Shown here piece by piece: positions 1 to 12,303 of a stretch of 64,000 bases of DNA (positions within the stretch are counted from its first letter, which is position 1; every line of letters begins with the position of its first letter). The notes under the pieces are model-generated. The model made no database searches. It was given only the letters and a program-made list of their open reading frames with translations, and was not told the DNA's origin. The DNA lies in NCBI RefSeq assembly GCF_963853765.1, contig NC_088855.1, positions 35,650,001 to 35,714,000 of the forward strand. Direction: 5' to 3'. This DNA comes from Magallana gigas. Its lineage: Eukaryota. The position numbers and the translations under genes were made by a program.

Positions 1-153
1 TTTTTTTCGTTCTTAATATAATGTAACAATGAAAAAAAAATGTTTTTGAAATTAGTGGTAACACAAAGAAATTTGTAAAAATTTTGTTGGAGAGTTTGTT
101 AAGAAGTTTTTGTTAATTTGTTACTTTAATGTGTTGCAGACTCGTTTACATAC

Positions 154-2910
154 CATCTATATCTCCACAAAGGAGGTCTATGCTAGCCTCCATTGAGGCG
201 TGGTCATAACCAGTCAATAACATGTATTCATTGGCTCCTTCACAACTGTCAATTACGTTTCTCATGCATGAAAATAGTGTGTTCCTTACTCTGAAAAAAG
301 ATAATCATAAGTTACCTTGATTACGGATTTGACTGTCATTCAGTTCTTTTATAAATTCGGAAATTATCTTTTCAATATTGTGATTTTTATACAATTCAAG
401 TATTTTCGACTTTTTGTCTAACAAATTTTAAATATAACTGGTGTTTTTAAGTAGAAATTGGCACCGATTAGAATGCTTCCAATTNNNNNNNNNNNNNNNN
501 NNNNNNNNNNNNNNNNNNNNNNNNNNNNNNNNNNNNNNNNNNNNNNNNNNNNNNNNNNNNNNNNNNNNNNNNNNNNNNNNNNNNNNNNNNNNNNNNNNNN
601 NNNNNNNNNNNNNTTAACACCATCTTGACAAATAGATGCTACTCACCCACAAAATCTGGACGCTGCCTCTTTGTCTTTTCCAATAATGGCGCCTTTTATT
701 TCGGTTTCATTGGAGCCAAACATACTTGGACTAAGTCCAGCTTTGGTATAACATTGCTGCATGTTTGCGTCAAGCATGCGCATACAAGAGTTGGCTTGTG
801 GCAGCACACCTATAAAATACAGTAAATAAATTACAAAAATCAAACTTGACTACTTTTTAATTCTTAGACATATATACATGTAACTTCTAGTATTTATACT
901 TATACATATATCTGTATACTTTTATATTTAATTGTTCTTATCAGTTTTTGCACTTACGACCATTTAAACTACGGTATTTTCTGAGGATCAAAATAGAAAT
1001 TACCTGCACCACAAGCATTTTGCAAAGCCGTCAGTCTCCTGACTACTTGGTTCTCGGCAAAATTGAACTCTGCACTGTCTGTGCAAGGAGGCTTTCCGCG
1101 CATGTTCAGTGTGGGTGGAACGACGCATTGTATAATCTGTGCCCTTATTCTGAAAGGTAAAAATCATATTGTATATAGGAAAATTCTTTCACCAGCCGAG
1201 TTATTTTGAAAAAGGAAAAAGGTAAAATAAGTAAAACGTAGAAAGATGACATATCAACTAAATATGTGCAATCTATGACGACTTAATTTTTCATGTATTA
1301 CATCTACATGTTCATCTGTCATAAATTTTTTACGGCGTGTTGACCCATGGTCAGCGACGGGGGCTGATTGATGACATCAATTGAGTCAAGAGAGACTGAC
1401 TGTGGTCAGAAGCTTAGTATACATGTATATGTCAATACATGTATCTACCTATAGTGAATAAAATTTCGATATCGCGCAATTGCAATAATCTTGTTACAAA
1501 ATCATATACAAAGGAAAGAAAAAAGTCAAAATTTTAAGTGAATATGTATTCTAAAATGAAAAATTAAATGTTTGTCTTGCATTTTTAAAATTTAACAAAC
1601 TTCAAAGAAGCTTTTTAAACACCTTTTTTTAAAATAAGGTGGAGAAATTTACCTTAGAATAATATGTAGTTTCTCAAATCAACAGAAAACAAATTGATCA
1701 TGAAGAATAGCAATGATGCATAAGAAGCGTATAAGTCAAATAGGCGAAAAATACACAGTTTTTTTATTTTAGAAATATGATTTACTAAAAATGGTTTTCA
1801 GTAAATATGAGGAAAAACAGCATATCGGGCAAAGGACTATGTGCGGTATGGTCTAATATCTGCCCCCAATTTTAACCAATTTTTAAATAGTGTCGTATAA
1901 AAATAAAATCTTCATAAATCATTGTACAGAGGACGCCTATCACTTTAATCTTGATTTTAACCACCATTGCTCATTGGCTAGTTATCTATGACGTCAACTT
2001 TATGACCTTATTCCCGCAAATTTGCAAACGGAAGAAAATATTCTCATTTTTGCTTTAAATTTTGCATTTGGAAGTATAGAGCGCAGGTCTGCTCAAGTAA
2101 GATTTTAACATATGTTTCTCTTCAGATAATTATACACATTATACTAAAAAGTGGTACTTGAGCAAGCCTGCTAGGTTCACAAACCCAATACTTTGACTAC
2201 TAAGCTATCATGATTCTAAATCGATCGATACAATTTCACAAAACATTTATATCGTCATCTTGTGATGTAGTGTCTTAAAATAATCAATAACCCCTGATGT
2301 ACTGAGTTACCATAACAAATTCATAAACTAGTACTTCCAAAAGTAGATCAGAAACATGGATTTTCATTATGCGATATGATGATTAAATTTCGACCTTGAT
2401 TACAGCATTTAATGAAAATTCAAAAGACGCCTAGATAACACGCCAAAAATTTCGAATGTTTATGTCTTTATGTTACTGGAATGCTTACCCACAAAGGTTC
2501 TTCCTAAGGTCCATGATATTTGAATTGCTGGGTAATGGAGCAATAGTTCCATTGGTCAAAACAGCATCAATAGTCATCATTGGAAGTCCAGACCTCTGAA
2601 AGCAAGAGGCGCTGAGTTGTTGTACCTCTCGAACACACTGGCTAATGGGAGGTTGGGGAATAGGTTGTTGGCCATTGCAAAAATATGGACTACACAAAGC
2701 TATGAGAAATAATAATGAAAGTACAATGGAAGGGTGAAAAACGCTCCAAATTCGTTAAGAATGGTAATATTTGAAACGTGCTGATAATTTTTACAAATAC
2801 GATATTCTAAGTATAGCTTTCACCTGCATTAACAGTTTCTAAACAAAATTACTATATATCGTCGTACCTGTCATTAAAAGAAGTAGCCACATGGTGTCTC
2901 CTTGCCTCAT
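154..2910 (-). CDS. Gene A: secreted Cys-rich modular protein, paralog of gene B; 3' end runs off the left edge of the window
   Basis: Exons 2868-2910 (ATG at 2910 or 2892), 2489-2699, 1004-1149, 647-809 and 154-290 are all GT-AG and join in frame. The N-terminus MWLLLLMTALCSPYFCNG-QQP looks like a signal peptide. Modules show C-x10-C...C-x8-C spacing. KGAIIG and TGYDHASMEASIDLLC align with gene B KGAILG and TGFDLVSMERAVSILC. Confidence 0.85.
485..613. other. Assembly gap (129 N)
   Basis: Run of N inside a gene A intron. Confidence 1.
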
Positions 2911-4644
2911 ACCACTAATCCGACCAAAAACTGAAATGAACAAATGTGAAGAGTGTGCAGTCTTTAAGTAATTGAATTGATGATTAATACATGTGAATTA
3001 TTATATCGTAGAAATATTTAGCAGCAAGATGACCCAGCGTGCATTCCAACGATTCGTCATGGTGTCGCTCTCCATAGCCATGCATCACCGAATTCCGACA
3101 CCTCTGACTAGCTTTTACACTGCTTGTCACTGGGTAGACTTCATGTTTACTTTTAGTTGAATTGTTAATCTTGAATTAAAAGGATTTGTTAAATATGGCA
3201 GCAAATAAAGAAACGTGACTTAATTATAATCCCCCCCCCCTTTTTTTTTTTTTTTTTACATATCTGCATTCTATATATATATTTAAGTAAAGAGTGTTGA
3301 TATTTGCTGTAAAAGTCATCTCTTGCGTTATGGATATACCCGCAAGGCTTTAATAATGACTTATGTTTATAAGATTTTATGTACCCTGGGGACGTAATCA
3401 TTCTAATTTGTTTGCACTCATAACACTATAAAAGACACTTTTTGTTTGCTGCTTTTAAAGAACATTAGCAAATAGGAATCGTGTAAATGTCTGTTGAAAC
3501 AACAGAAAGATACATTTTCAAAATTTAATGAAATCATGAACAAATCGAATCTTCTACTAAAGTCGGTTAGAATATTTTAACAAACACGTAAAAAGAATTT
3601 CAATAAATCTAAAATCTGATGCTCTATATTATTTCCCTAAGCGTTCAACTGGGGTGCTAGGAAACTATATATGTAATGTAAAGTTGATCATCACTTCAAG
3701 CTTTTCTTTAAACCATGATTAAAATAGGACAAAAAATGGATCACAGACGTTGCTATGGATTAAGAGGCGTTGTAGTTCTAAAAAAGGGACTTATAGAAAG
3801 TGGTACCCAACACAAACTAGAATCAGTATGTGTTAAAAAAAATTGATACTCTAAATACACATCGAAAATAATGAATAATGCAGGCGTTTTACCCGATAAG
3901 GTCGTCCATATATTTTGGTTTTGCTACTCTCCTTTTGCTTCAAAATGACATATCATATACATTTCATGTTTTGTATCGAAATTGATTATGTAGAAACAAA
4001 GTAAGTATTAGTAGAAATCTGTTATCAGGTTTTTGTTATACCGTATTCGCATACTGTATTACATTACCTTTTTAAGAAGTCAAAATATCTACAATAACAA
4101 AGGAAACGCGCATGAATATTTAAATAGTCCACATTTATTTGTTTGTTTAGGTTCTTTTTCATTCATATCATTAGCGCTACTAAGATGTAGATATTCTTGC
4201 TATTATAATTCATCTGTCATTTAAAAAGATGTGCGTTATAAAAAAAATTGTTGATGTCCATTCTACTTTTTCATGTTTTTGCTCGTAGCTCACATTTTCA
4301 GGACTAATTTTTTCTTTGATGAAATGCATTCATATCAAATAGGGCACTGATGTGACTTCTTTGAAGTTCTTTCTCATATTCTTAGTAATCCCCATGAAGT
4401 ATATTTAATGAAACAATTTAATAATTTAGCTTACTGGTATATTGCTTCTAGCATCTTCTGGGATCAGATATTGTAGATTCCAAGAAACGAAAACAAGCCT
4501 TAGTTGTTCTGCATTTTCCATTTCGATTACCTTTTTAGCGGGAAAAAAATTGGAAACATGGAAATTGGAAATTATCTCTTTCAAATTAGAGCTAACTTTT
4601 TAAGATAAAAACTGATGTGTTCCCAAAATGTCTTGTTAAATCAA

Positions 4645-4756
4645 AGGCATCTGACGTTAAAAATATTTCTTTTTAAAGTAAAATAATTCCCTGCATATTT
4701 ATGGCACGAGAATTATTTCATTAATAAAAATAAATATTTTTTAACGTCAGATGCCT
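4645..4756. mobile_element. Short MITE-like element with ~24-bp terminal inverted repeats
   Basis: AGGCATCTGACGTTAAAAATATTT at 4645 and its near-perfect reverse complement ending at 4756. Confidence 0.6.
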
Positions 4757-5709
4757 GTGTGTGAAATGTAAAAAATATAACATTGTCTAGTAAATCACGT
4801 GTGTGGAATCAGTTTAAAACGTGCAAGTATATCACAACATGTTTATCGACCAAACATTATTTGTACAGCTTACTTCTTAATAGGAAAAGGGGGAGGGAAT
4901 ATATAAATAGATAATAGTTGTTTTGAGAGCTGTATTAGAAATAGATGTTTAATTATGAGTTACAGATTTACTTCTCAAAATTTCTTGTATTTATTCTCTG
5001 CACGAGAAAACGATAAACCATCTCGATAATTTATCAGCCTTCTAAATAATTTTGACAAAGGGGAGTAACTCTCACTAACACAGAAAAACTATAATTAACA
5101 GTAAGACTTTACATGATCTTTTTCTGGATCAAATTCTGTCCAAATACTAAATGCATGAAGATTTTTGCAGCTGCCATTCAGATAAAAATAAATAGATATA
5201 AAATAAATGTTTTTGATTTACTGTATTTATTCTACCTTACTCCAATTTAGAATACATGTTATGTATGTGTGAAAACTTTTGTAAATAAACTGTTGATAAA
5301 TAATACCGGTTGAGTTCTTCGTCGGTTTTTTCTACTTTCTCTTATTCTTATTCTGTTTTTTTTATTGAAGTGTTGCATAGAAATCAATTAAACATTCATA
5401 CCCAAGAAATGCAGATTTCATCACAATTAACGTAACACAAACTCAAACCAAATTCAAAGCAATGTGATTGATTTTGCAGACTACTATATATACATGTAGC
5501 TCAATCTTACCCCTACTCTCCCAAAGATTATGATGTAAAATACAATTTGTTAAACAAAAAAAAATTTCGTTGCTTGTTGGTTGTTTTTTGTTTTGTTTTT
5601 TCTTGCTTTTTTTTTTTGGTGAATAGAAATTTAATCGAAACTAGTACAGTCTATTGAAATAATCAAAAGTCCAATATAAAATAATTCTCATCTATTCACT
5701 TCACTTTAA

Positions 5710-6175
5710 AGGGGCATGGTCACGATTTTGATCAATTTTCCATTTTTCTGTTTTTATCATTTACGATGCTTTAGGAATACATTTCTAATGATCAAGTGAA
5801 ATTTGAGAGTCAGTCGTAGAAATATAAGAAAGATACAGGGATCACAATTCTGTCATGTTTTTGTTTACATAAGTTCAATATACCAGTAAAAAAGTTTTTT
5901 CAAGCTGATTTGTATATCTTCATTTTAAACATAAATAAACAATTTCAAACGTTTTACACATTCATATTTTTGTCTAAACTGGAATTTTTACTTTAACATT
6001 AAAAATGTAAACAAAAGCTTTGTTTACATATCGAAGAATTGTAAGCTCTGTAACTGGCTAATAATTCAATGAATGACACTCAAATTATTGTTGCCTATTA
6101 AAAATGCCTCACTGAAGCATTGTAAACATTAAAATCAGAAAAATAATTTTTGACAGAAATCGTGACCATGCCCCT
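5710..6175. mobile_element. Non-autonomous TIR DNA transposon, Kolobok-like (TTAA target)
   Basis: 19-bp TIRs AGGGGCATGGTCACGATTT / AAATCGTGACCATGCCCCT, flanked by TTAA (5706-5709) and CTAA. Purine-purine ends with a TTAA target fit Kolobok. No ORF. Confidence 0.75.
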
Positions 6176-7894
6176 CTAAAATGTCCTTTTAGTGTGCCAA
6201 ATGTAAAACAATATGTATTCTTTTTTCATTAAAAAAATTGTACATTGTAATTGTACATTCAGATTAATAAAAGAAAACAAAACCTGAATGAAATAAAACA
6301 AAAATGAAATACAAAACAATAAACATACCCACAAACAAGATTAGATGCATATTTCATTGCAAAAATAATTATATGTATTTTATTTAATTAAGATTCTGAA
6401 GCGAAATAATAAATATATGGAAAAAAAGATAGCATGAGATCTACTTCCAACAGTATTTGTGAATTATAGAGGGTGTTTATGTTCATTCCTTTGACAAACA
6501 CCGGGCGACTGATAGACGTGTCTCCCCGTGTATTACGATCTACCCAGCCCTACCTGCCCCGTCCTGACAGGTATGATGAATGAGTTACTTCCCTGTGACA
6601 TCATAGTTTACATAATTACATCCCGATCGTCACAGATACGACACGCCGTAATCCAATCAAATCACTCGCAAGAGCGTCTTACCTCGTTATCCAATCAAAT
6701 TCTGCGTAAGGATGATCTGGTTCATTCATCTTTTCTCTATCATAAGCGGGTACTGACGACCAATCATATACTTCTATTTCATGTTCATTAATTCGTTTAT
6801 TATATCTATATCATATATGTAATGCTGAAATCAGCCCAAAGGATACTATTTTACCAAATGTTGATTTAATCACTTTATCTTATATAGGACGGGTGGGTAA
6901 CTTAATCTAAAACAGGAACCTCTTCAAAATTGCCTATTCTAGCGTTTCGTAAGGATACATAAAAAAAACAGATCTAAAAACTACTATATTTCAACTAATT
7001 TGGGTAATTGTTTGCTTAGAGGGATGAGTTTAATATTTTTTTCGCGAGACCGCAAGTCTAAACTATTCACTCGAATTCGGAGCCCCTGAGACCCCCCCCC
7101 CCCCCATCCCAAAATCTCCCATGTTTTGAAGCAGGATATTCTGCAAAATGATGTCATCCACAAAAAAATGTCGGACATTTTTCCGATATGAACTTTTTGG
7201 ATTCTCACAGCGCATGTACTTGGCTTTTGTATTTGTTTCTTTTGTTTGTTTGTTATTTTAAAACACGTTTGCTTCTTGTGATTTATTTGCTCTATGGATA
7301 AGCTATTCAGTCTTTATTTATTTATACAGTTTGAGAAATGATAAGGAACATTATTTTTATAAATCATATTTTTATTAAAAATCAACAGGATCAGAATGAG
7401 CGCTCATTATGATCGGAAAACATATACATAAATTATTTCTTGCAAGAACACGCACACACATAAATACAAAACACACATAATACAAAAAGTGGATTCGTGG
7501 AATCATCACAGCATACAACGCACCCTTGGTCACCGAGCGGATGTCGACCGCAGTATAATTGCGTCATTTGTAGCTTTATACAGGATTTGCTTTATCACAT
7601 TTTCTTTTTCTTCTTTTTTTTTCTATAAGAATTTTTGAGACATTATTCCTCCCACAGATTTCCTCGGTCTGTATGACGTCATCAGATTATCTATATCTCA
7701 TTAAAGATTCCTCTAAAATAGCCTACTAGTATTCATATTCTAAAAGCTTTTTTCAGTTTTTTCAACCTTAATGCCATATTCAATATAAGCCAAAGTTAAT
7801 TGACTAAATCAGAAACACGAAAGGTTTCTTCATGACAGAATTTGGTATTTCGGTAATGGCATGTGATTTAGAGTAAATATCACTACAGTTTAAT

Positions 7895-10800
7895 CTATAA
7901 GAATACAAGAAGAGATAGACCTATGGTGACTAGTGTAGCTGAGATGTTAAATAGTCCACCAGCACTATTATTGCCTTCCTGTCCGCCTTGTACATTGGGT
8001 TTGTTATTGGTGATCGTATTCTGTGGTGAACCGCCGCTATTACGCACTCGGTTTGAGCGTGCGTAGTTGTTCACATTGCAGATCCGGTTGAAGTCGGCCC
8101 GCTTCAGCCCCTGACACCTGTCTTGGATAAGGTTACACTCAAACTCGGTCTTCAGGCCCACTGAGGCTGCGTCACAGGAACTCTTGACAGCCTTCAGGTC
8201 ACACTGAAGTTGTTCCAATCGGACGCTGCAAAAAAGATCAATGATCAATAAATAATCAGTAAATAGCTCCAGAGGTGTTCTTTTTTCGGAATATTATTAT
8301 TTTTAGTTGGGTTTCTTTTGCAGAATATAATGTGTGTCTTACCTGCAGAACTGTGTGTAGTAGGAAGACGATGTCTGACTGTTGGGGGTTAGATTTGTTA
8401 AATCTCCCATCTTCATCTCGGAATTTTTCTGACATTGGTTGATCTGTGATGTTGCACCACTTGCACAAGTAGAGAGTTTCTCATATCCTAAAATACAAAA
8501 CAATAAAAATATATTATAATGTTGTTTTTTTTCAAATCATTTCGATCTTCTGTTAATAAGTGTATCTTTTCTTATCGATCACATGTATAATCAAAAGATC
8601 TTACCATCCATGTTTTGGCAGAGGAGATCCAAAGCATCTTCCAGAAGGTCCTGTTGGTGTCCCCAGTACGCTAAGAGTTCGGAGGCTCCGGCACACCTGT
8701 CCAAGGTATCGCGCAGACATTTGAAAACGGATTGCCTATTCCTAAAATGACAAAAAGAACAATATTGTATATTGTAATCTCGGTAGTCAATGTTTTTTTT
8801 TCAAGGACTCAACTGAATCGTTAGTTGAAAAGATTTCTAAGATACTTACTGGCAAAAGTTTTGAGCTTGAGATCGGCTGCCTATCATGTTGCTACGGTCA
8901 TGTGTAACGTTGACGATGAAGGTCTCCGGATCGATGTTGTATGGGGCCAAACAGTTTCCAATGTTTACCTTCACATCGTCGACGCATGTATGTGGCTTTA
9001 CTCGAGCTGTAAAAAAAGTCGAAAAGTTTAACACCGTGTCTAGCATTATTTACTAAGCCTAGAATATAAATCATTGAGGTAATTCTGTGAAATAACAGTC
9101 AAAATACTCACAATCAGCTGGACAGACTTTGGAGATTTCGTCCTCGTTTACGTCGTGGCATCTGACAGGAAGCAAGTGGCACTCAAATTTGGTCTTAAGG
9201 GCAATAGCTCTGGGGTCGCAGGTTGGCCAGGCTTGGGAGTCACAGGTCACGTGATCAACACGGATTCTGCAATTTAAGAAATATAACACATTACACTCAA
9301 TGATAAGTCATTTAATGGTTCTTTATTAAGAATTTGTCTATTTTGAAATCAAAAAAGGTAAATATTGATCAAGTCACTTACTTGCAGAACTCGTTCAAAA
9401 ATCCATCTAAACTGATTCCTTTGGCCATCTGGTTTGCGGACATTTGAGTAATGTCGCGTCCCATGTTAGCGATACAGACTCGAGCTTTGTCACTGGGCTT
9501 AGCAAAACAATCGATTCCGGCGAGGTACTCTGGAATATCGTCACAAAGAATGCTCACAGCCCGTTCCATGGACACCAGATCAAATCCTGTCATTGCCATT
9601 GTCTGCTCGGCACCTGGACATTGGTGCATAACCTTCTTCATGCATGTGTAAAGTTCGCTCTTTTTGCTGGAAAAAGTTAAAAAGAATAAAGCTTTAATGG
9701 CATGTTTAGTAGAATGTCATGCTGTAATAATTTTTTAACATGTATTGTGTTGAAATTTAATTCTTTCATTCTTTTTTGCTATTAAAAAAAGTTATACCTG
9801 CAATATTTGTCAGCCATAGCTTTGTTGGTTCCAAGAATGGCTCCTTTGTGAGCGGTGATATTGGAAAAATATACAGCTGGGTCAAGACCGACCTGACCGA
9901 AGCATTTAGTGAACTGTTGTTGGAGGGTGAGCATACAGGCTCCGGGGACGGTGGTGTCGTGGCAGTAAGCCCCGACCGTGATGATAACGTTGGCGAAGGT
10001 TCCCTCCGAGATGAGCAGGTCTTTTCCTTTACATTGGTTCTTGATTACCACATTTTTACCACATTCTTCAAAACTATGGAAGTTGCTGTAATTTAAAAAA
10101 AGAAAAATGTCAAAATAAACATTGAATTGAAACTTTTCATTTGTGTTAAACGTTACTTAACTGGAATTTATGTAAAGAATTAAAATGGATTAATGCACTT
10201 ACTCGCAAATTGTTTTGTTAAGTTTCTGGATGTCCTGTCCTTCTGGGACCTGGCCTCGGGTCAGCAGAATCATGATGTCATTCAAAGGAGCGCCCATGGT
10301 GTCAATGGAACACTGGTTCAACTCTTCCTCGAACTTCTGGAGACAAGCACTGGGAGCCCTACCCGGACCGACAAGAGGCTGGCCCGTGCATACAGCCTGG
10401 TATGACGCCATCATGTTCTGGAGCGTCTGGCCGACCATGAATTGTTCCTGTTTTGTACATTCGTTGGCCAGTGATTGTAAACCACCTGATGCACAACCAA
10501 CGATGACCTGTTGTGTTGGTTTGCTGAAATACGATACAGATCTCAATTTTAATTTCTTATTCTTTTATAAATCGAAAAAAGCGACAACGATTGATTACGC
10601 TGTATTGTCTTTGAATTCTAGGTATCATTTGATGAAAACATTTGAAGCACTTACTTGCAGGTGCTGTCTCTAAGTTGTGGAAATGTCATCCCAGTTCCTT
10701 CGGTCTGGTTGGCCAACAGTTTGAAGTAGTTGTCATGATTGATTTTCTGCTGAGTCATGCAGGATTTGAAATTGTCGTCGAACCTTTTCAAACAAGGTGG

Positions 10801-12303
10801 CATTTCAGCTGTAGAAAAAATTACATTCATCAGTTGTGAAAGTAAAAATAGGTCTTATATTAATTGAAACAATTCCTTAGAACATATTATAATTGATCTT
10901 TATTCAATTCCAAAAGATTAGCTTACGTGTAACACCACACATGACGGCGATGGCTCTTCCGGTGGACTGAATGGTGGAGTCCATCATCATATTCTCGCGA
11001 TCACTGCACTGTACCTGGATGCTCTGGATGATGGGTTTCACGCATGCGTCAACCTTTTCTCGGTTTCTGTCAGAAAAAAAAATTGCACTGTTCAAATGTT
11101 GGTCAATTATACATGATCATCAAGAAATAAAATTCAATGATATAAAACTCGTTCCAAAATTTATTGAACATACCCGCAGACGACCGGCATCAGCTGTTGT
11201 CTGGATGTTCCTTGTGGCAGTGGTCCACTGGAACCGTTGGTAACCAGCGAGAAGATGACCTCCAGTTCAAAGTTTCCATTATCTTTGAAACACTTCCTGA
11301 AATTCTGGTCAAACATCTGTAGACATGGCGAGTTGAACTGGGATCCCTGTCCCTGTCCCTGTCCCTGTCCAGGCTGACCTTGTTGACCCTGGGCAGCAGC
11401 GCCACCTATCGTTATTCCTGTAAAACATTTAAAAAATGAATTTCATATGTTCTTTACGATGATCGAGTAAAATTCTTAGATTAATTCCAAATGTTTTTAC
11501 CCAAATTATATAATATAATTTTGAGTATATAGTAACTATGGCCATCTGAATTATGAATATTGAGAAAACTTGAATTGTTTAACTAATTCTCGGGTTGTTT
11601 TTTTGTGTGTGTTTTTTTAACATTTAGTATTTTATTTTGTCATAGTCATGATTGTACTTTGCTGAATATCTTAAGTAGATAGTTAACATAAGGCTAACAT
11701 CGGTGCATAAGATAGATTTATTATGGTCAGATCATCAATACGCGCTCGCTGGTGGGTGACAACTATGATTTGTCCGAAATAAAATGGACATAAAGCGCGC
11801 ATTGTTTGGCCATGCCTATGTTAACGGTGATTATTGCGATCATTAAGGACTCTCTTTCTCGTATCTAATACGGAAAAGGATAGCTTAATATGTTGATATT
11901 GTTGTAAAGATCTTCAGTAAAAGTAATTTGTTTCCAAGCACCCAAATATTTACTTGAAGTATTCTATACTTTTCTAGTTATATAAAATATATTGACATTA
12001 ATGAACACGGTTATATTTAAAATTTGATTTTACATTTTACTTCCCTTAATATTTTTCAGCTTTATTTTACTTTTCTATATCTTATTTTGATTTTTTTTTC
12101 TCTCTTTAAAAGAGACTGCTTTTCGATTCAAAAGAAATCGAGAATCGGTCACTTGCGGACATTTTCCAAATATTTAAGACATTTGAGGTTTAATCAAAAA
12201 TGAATTATTTTCAAAACTAAAGCTAATTTTTACATCAACCTGATACGTTTTTTTTGCATCAGAAATCACTATACTTACCTAAAAGTATGATAAATTTCCA
12301 CAT
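7895..12303 (-). CDS. Gene B: 793-aa secreted, probably GPI-anchored protein with seven Cys-rich helical modules (DUF19/CPG4-like at best; no confident family)
   Basis: Exons 12279-12303, 11174-11417, 10927-11066, 10655-10808, 10203-10523, 9798-10085, 9382-9666, 9112-9266, 8850-9006, 8605-8741, 8343-8487 and 7895-8225 total 2382 nt, all GT-AG and in frame. Signal peptide MWKFIILLGITIGGAAA. C-terminus has small residues (NNSAGG) then a hydrophobic tail (ISATLVTIGLSLLVFL*). AATAAA on the minus strand at 7371-7376. Confidence 0.9.
11345..11370 (-). repeat. Coding hexamer microsatellite (GGACAG)4 encoding a Gly-Gln tract
   Basis: Plus strand reads (CCCTGT)4; translates as GQGQGQGQ just after the signal peptide of gene B. 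Confidence 0.9.

Noticed and set aside
485-613. Possibility that the N gap hides a gene A exon
   Set aside because: The flanking exons join in frame and reproduce the CxxxxxxxxC spacing, so no exon is needed.
1630-2170. Probable additional interspersed repeats in gene A intron and at 13-19.7 kb
   Set aside because: They look repeat-like, but I could not define termini, TIRs or TSDs from this window alone.
9444-11243. Plus-strand ORFs such as 10215-10673, 9776-10096 and 10971-11243
   Set aside because: They are antisense shadows of GC-richer gene B exons, with no splice or homology support.
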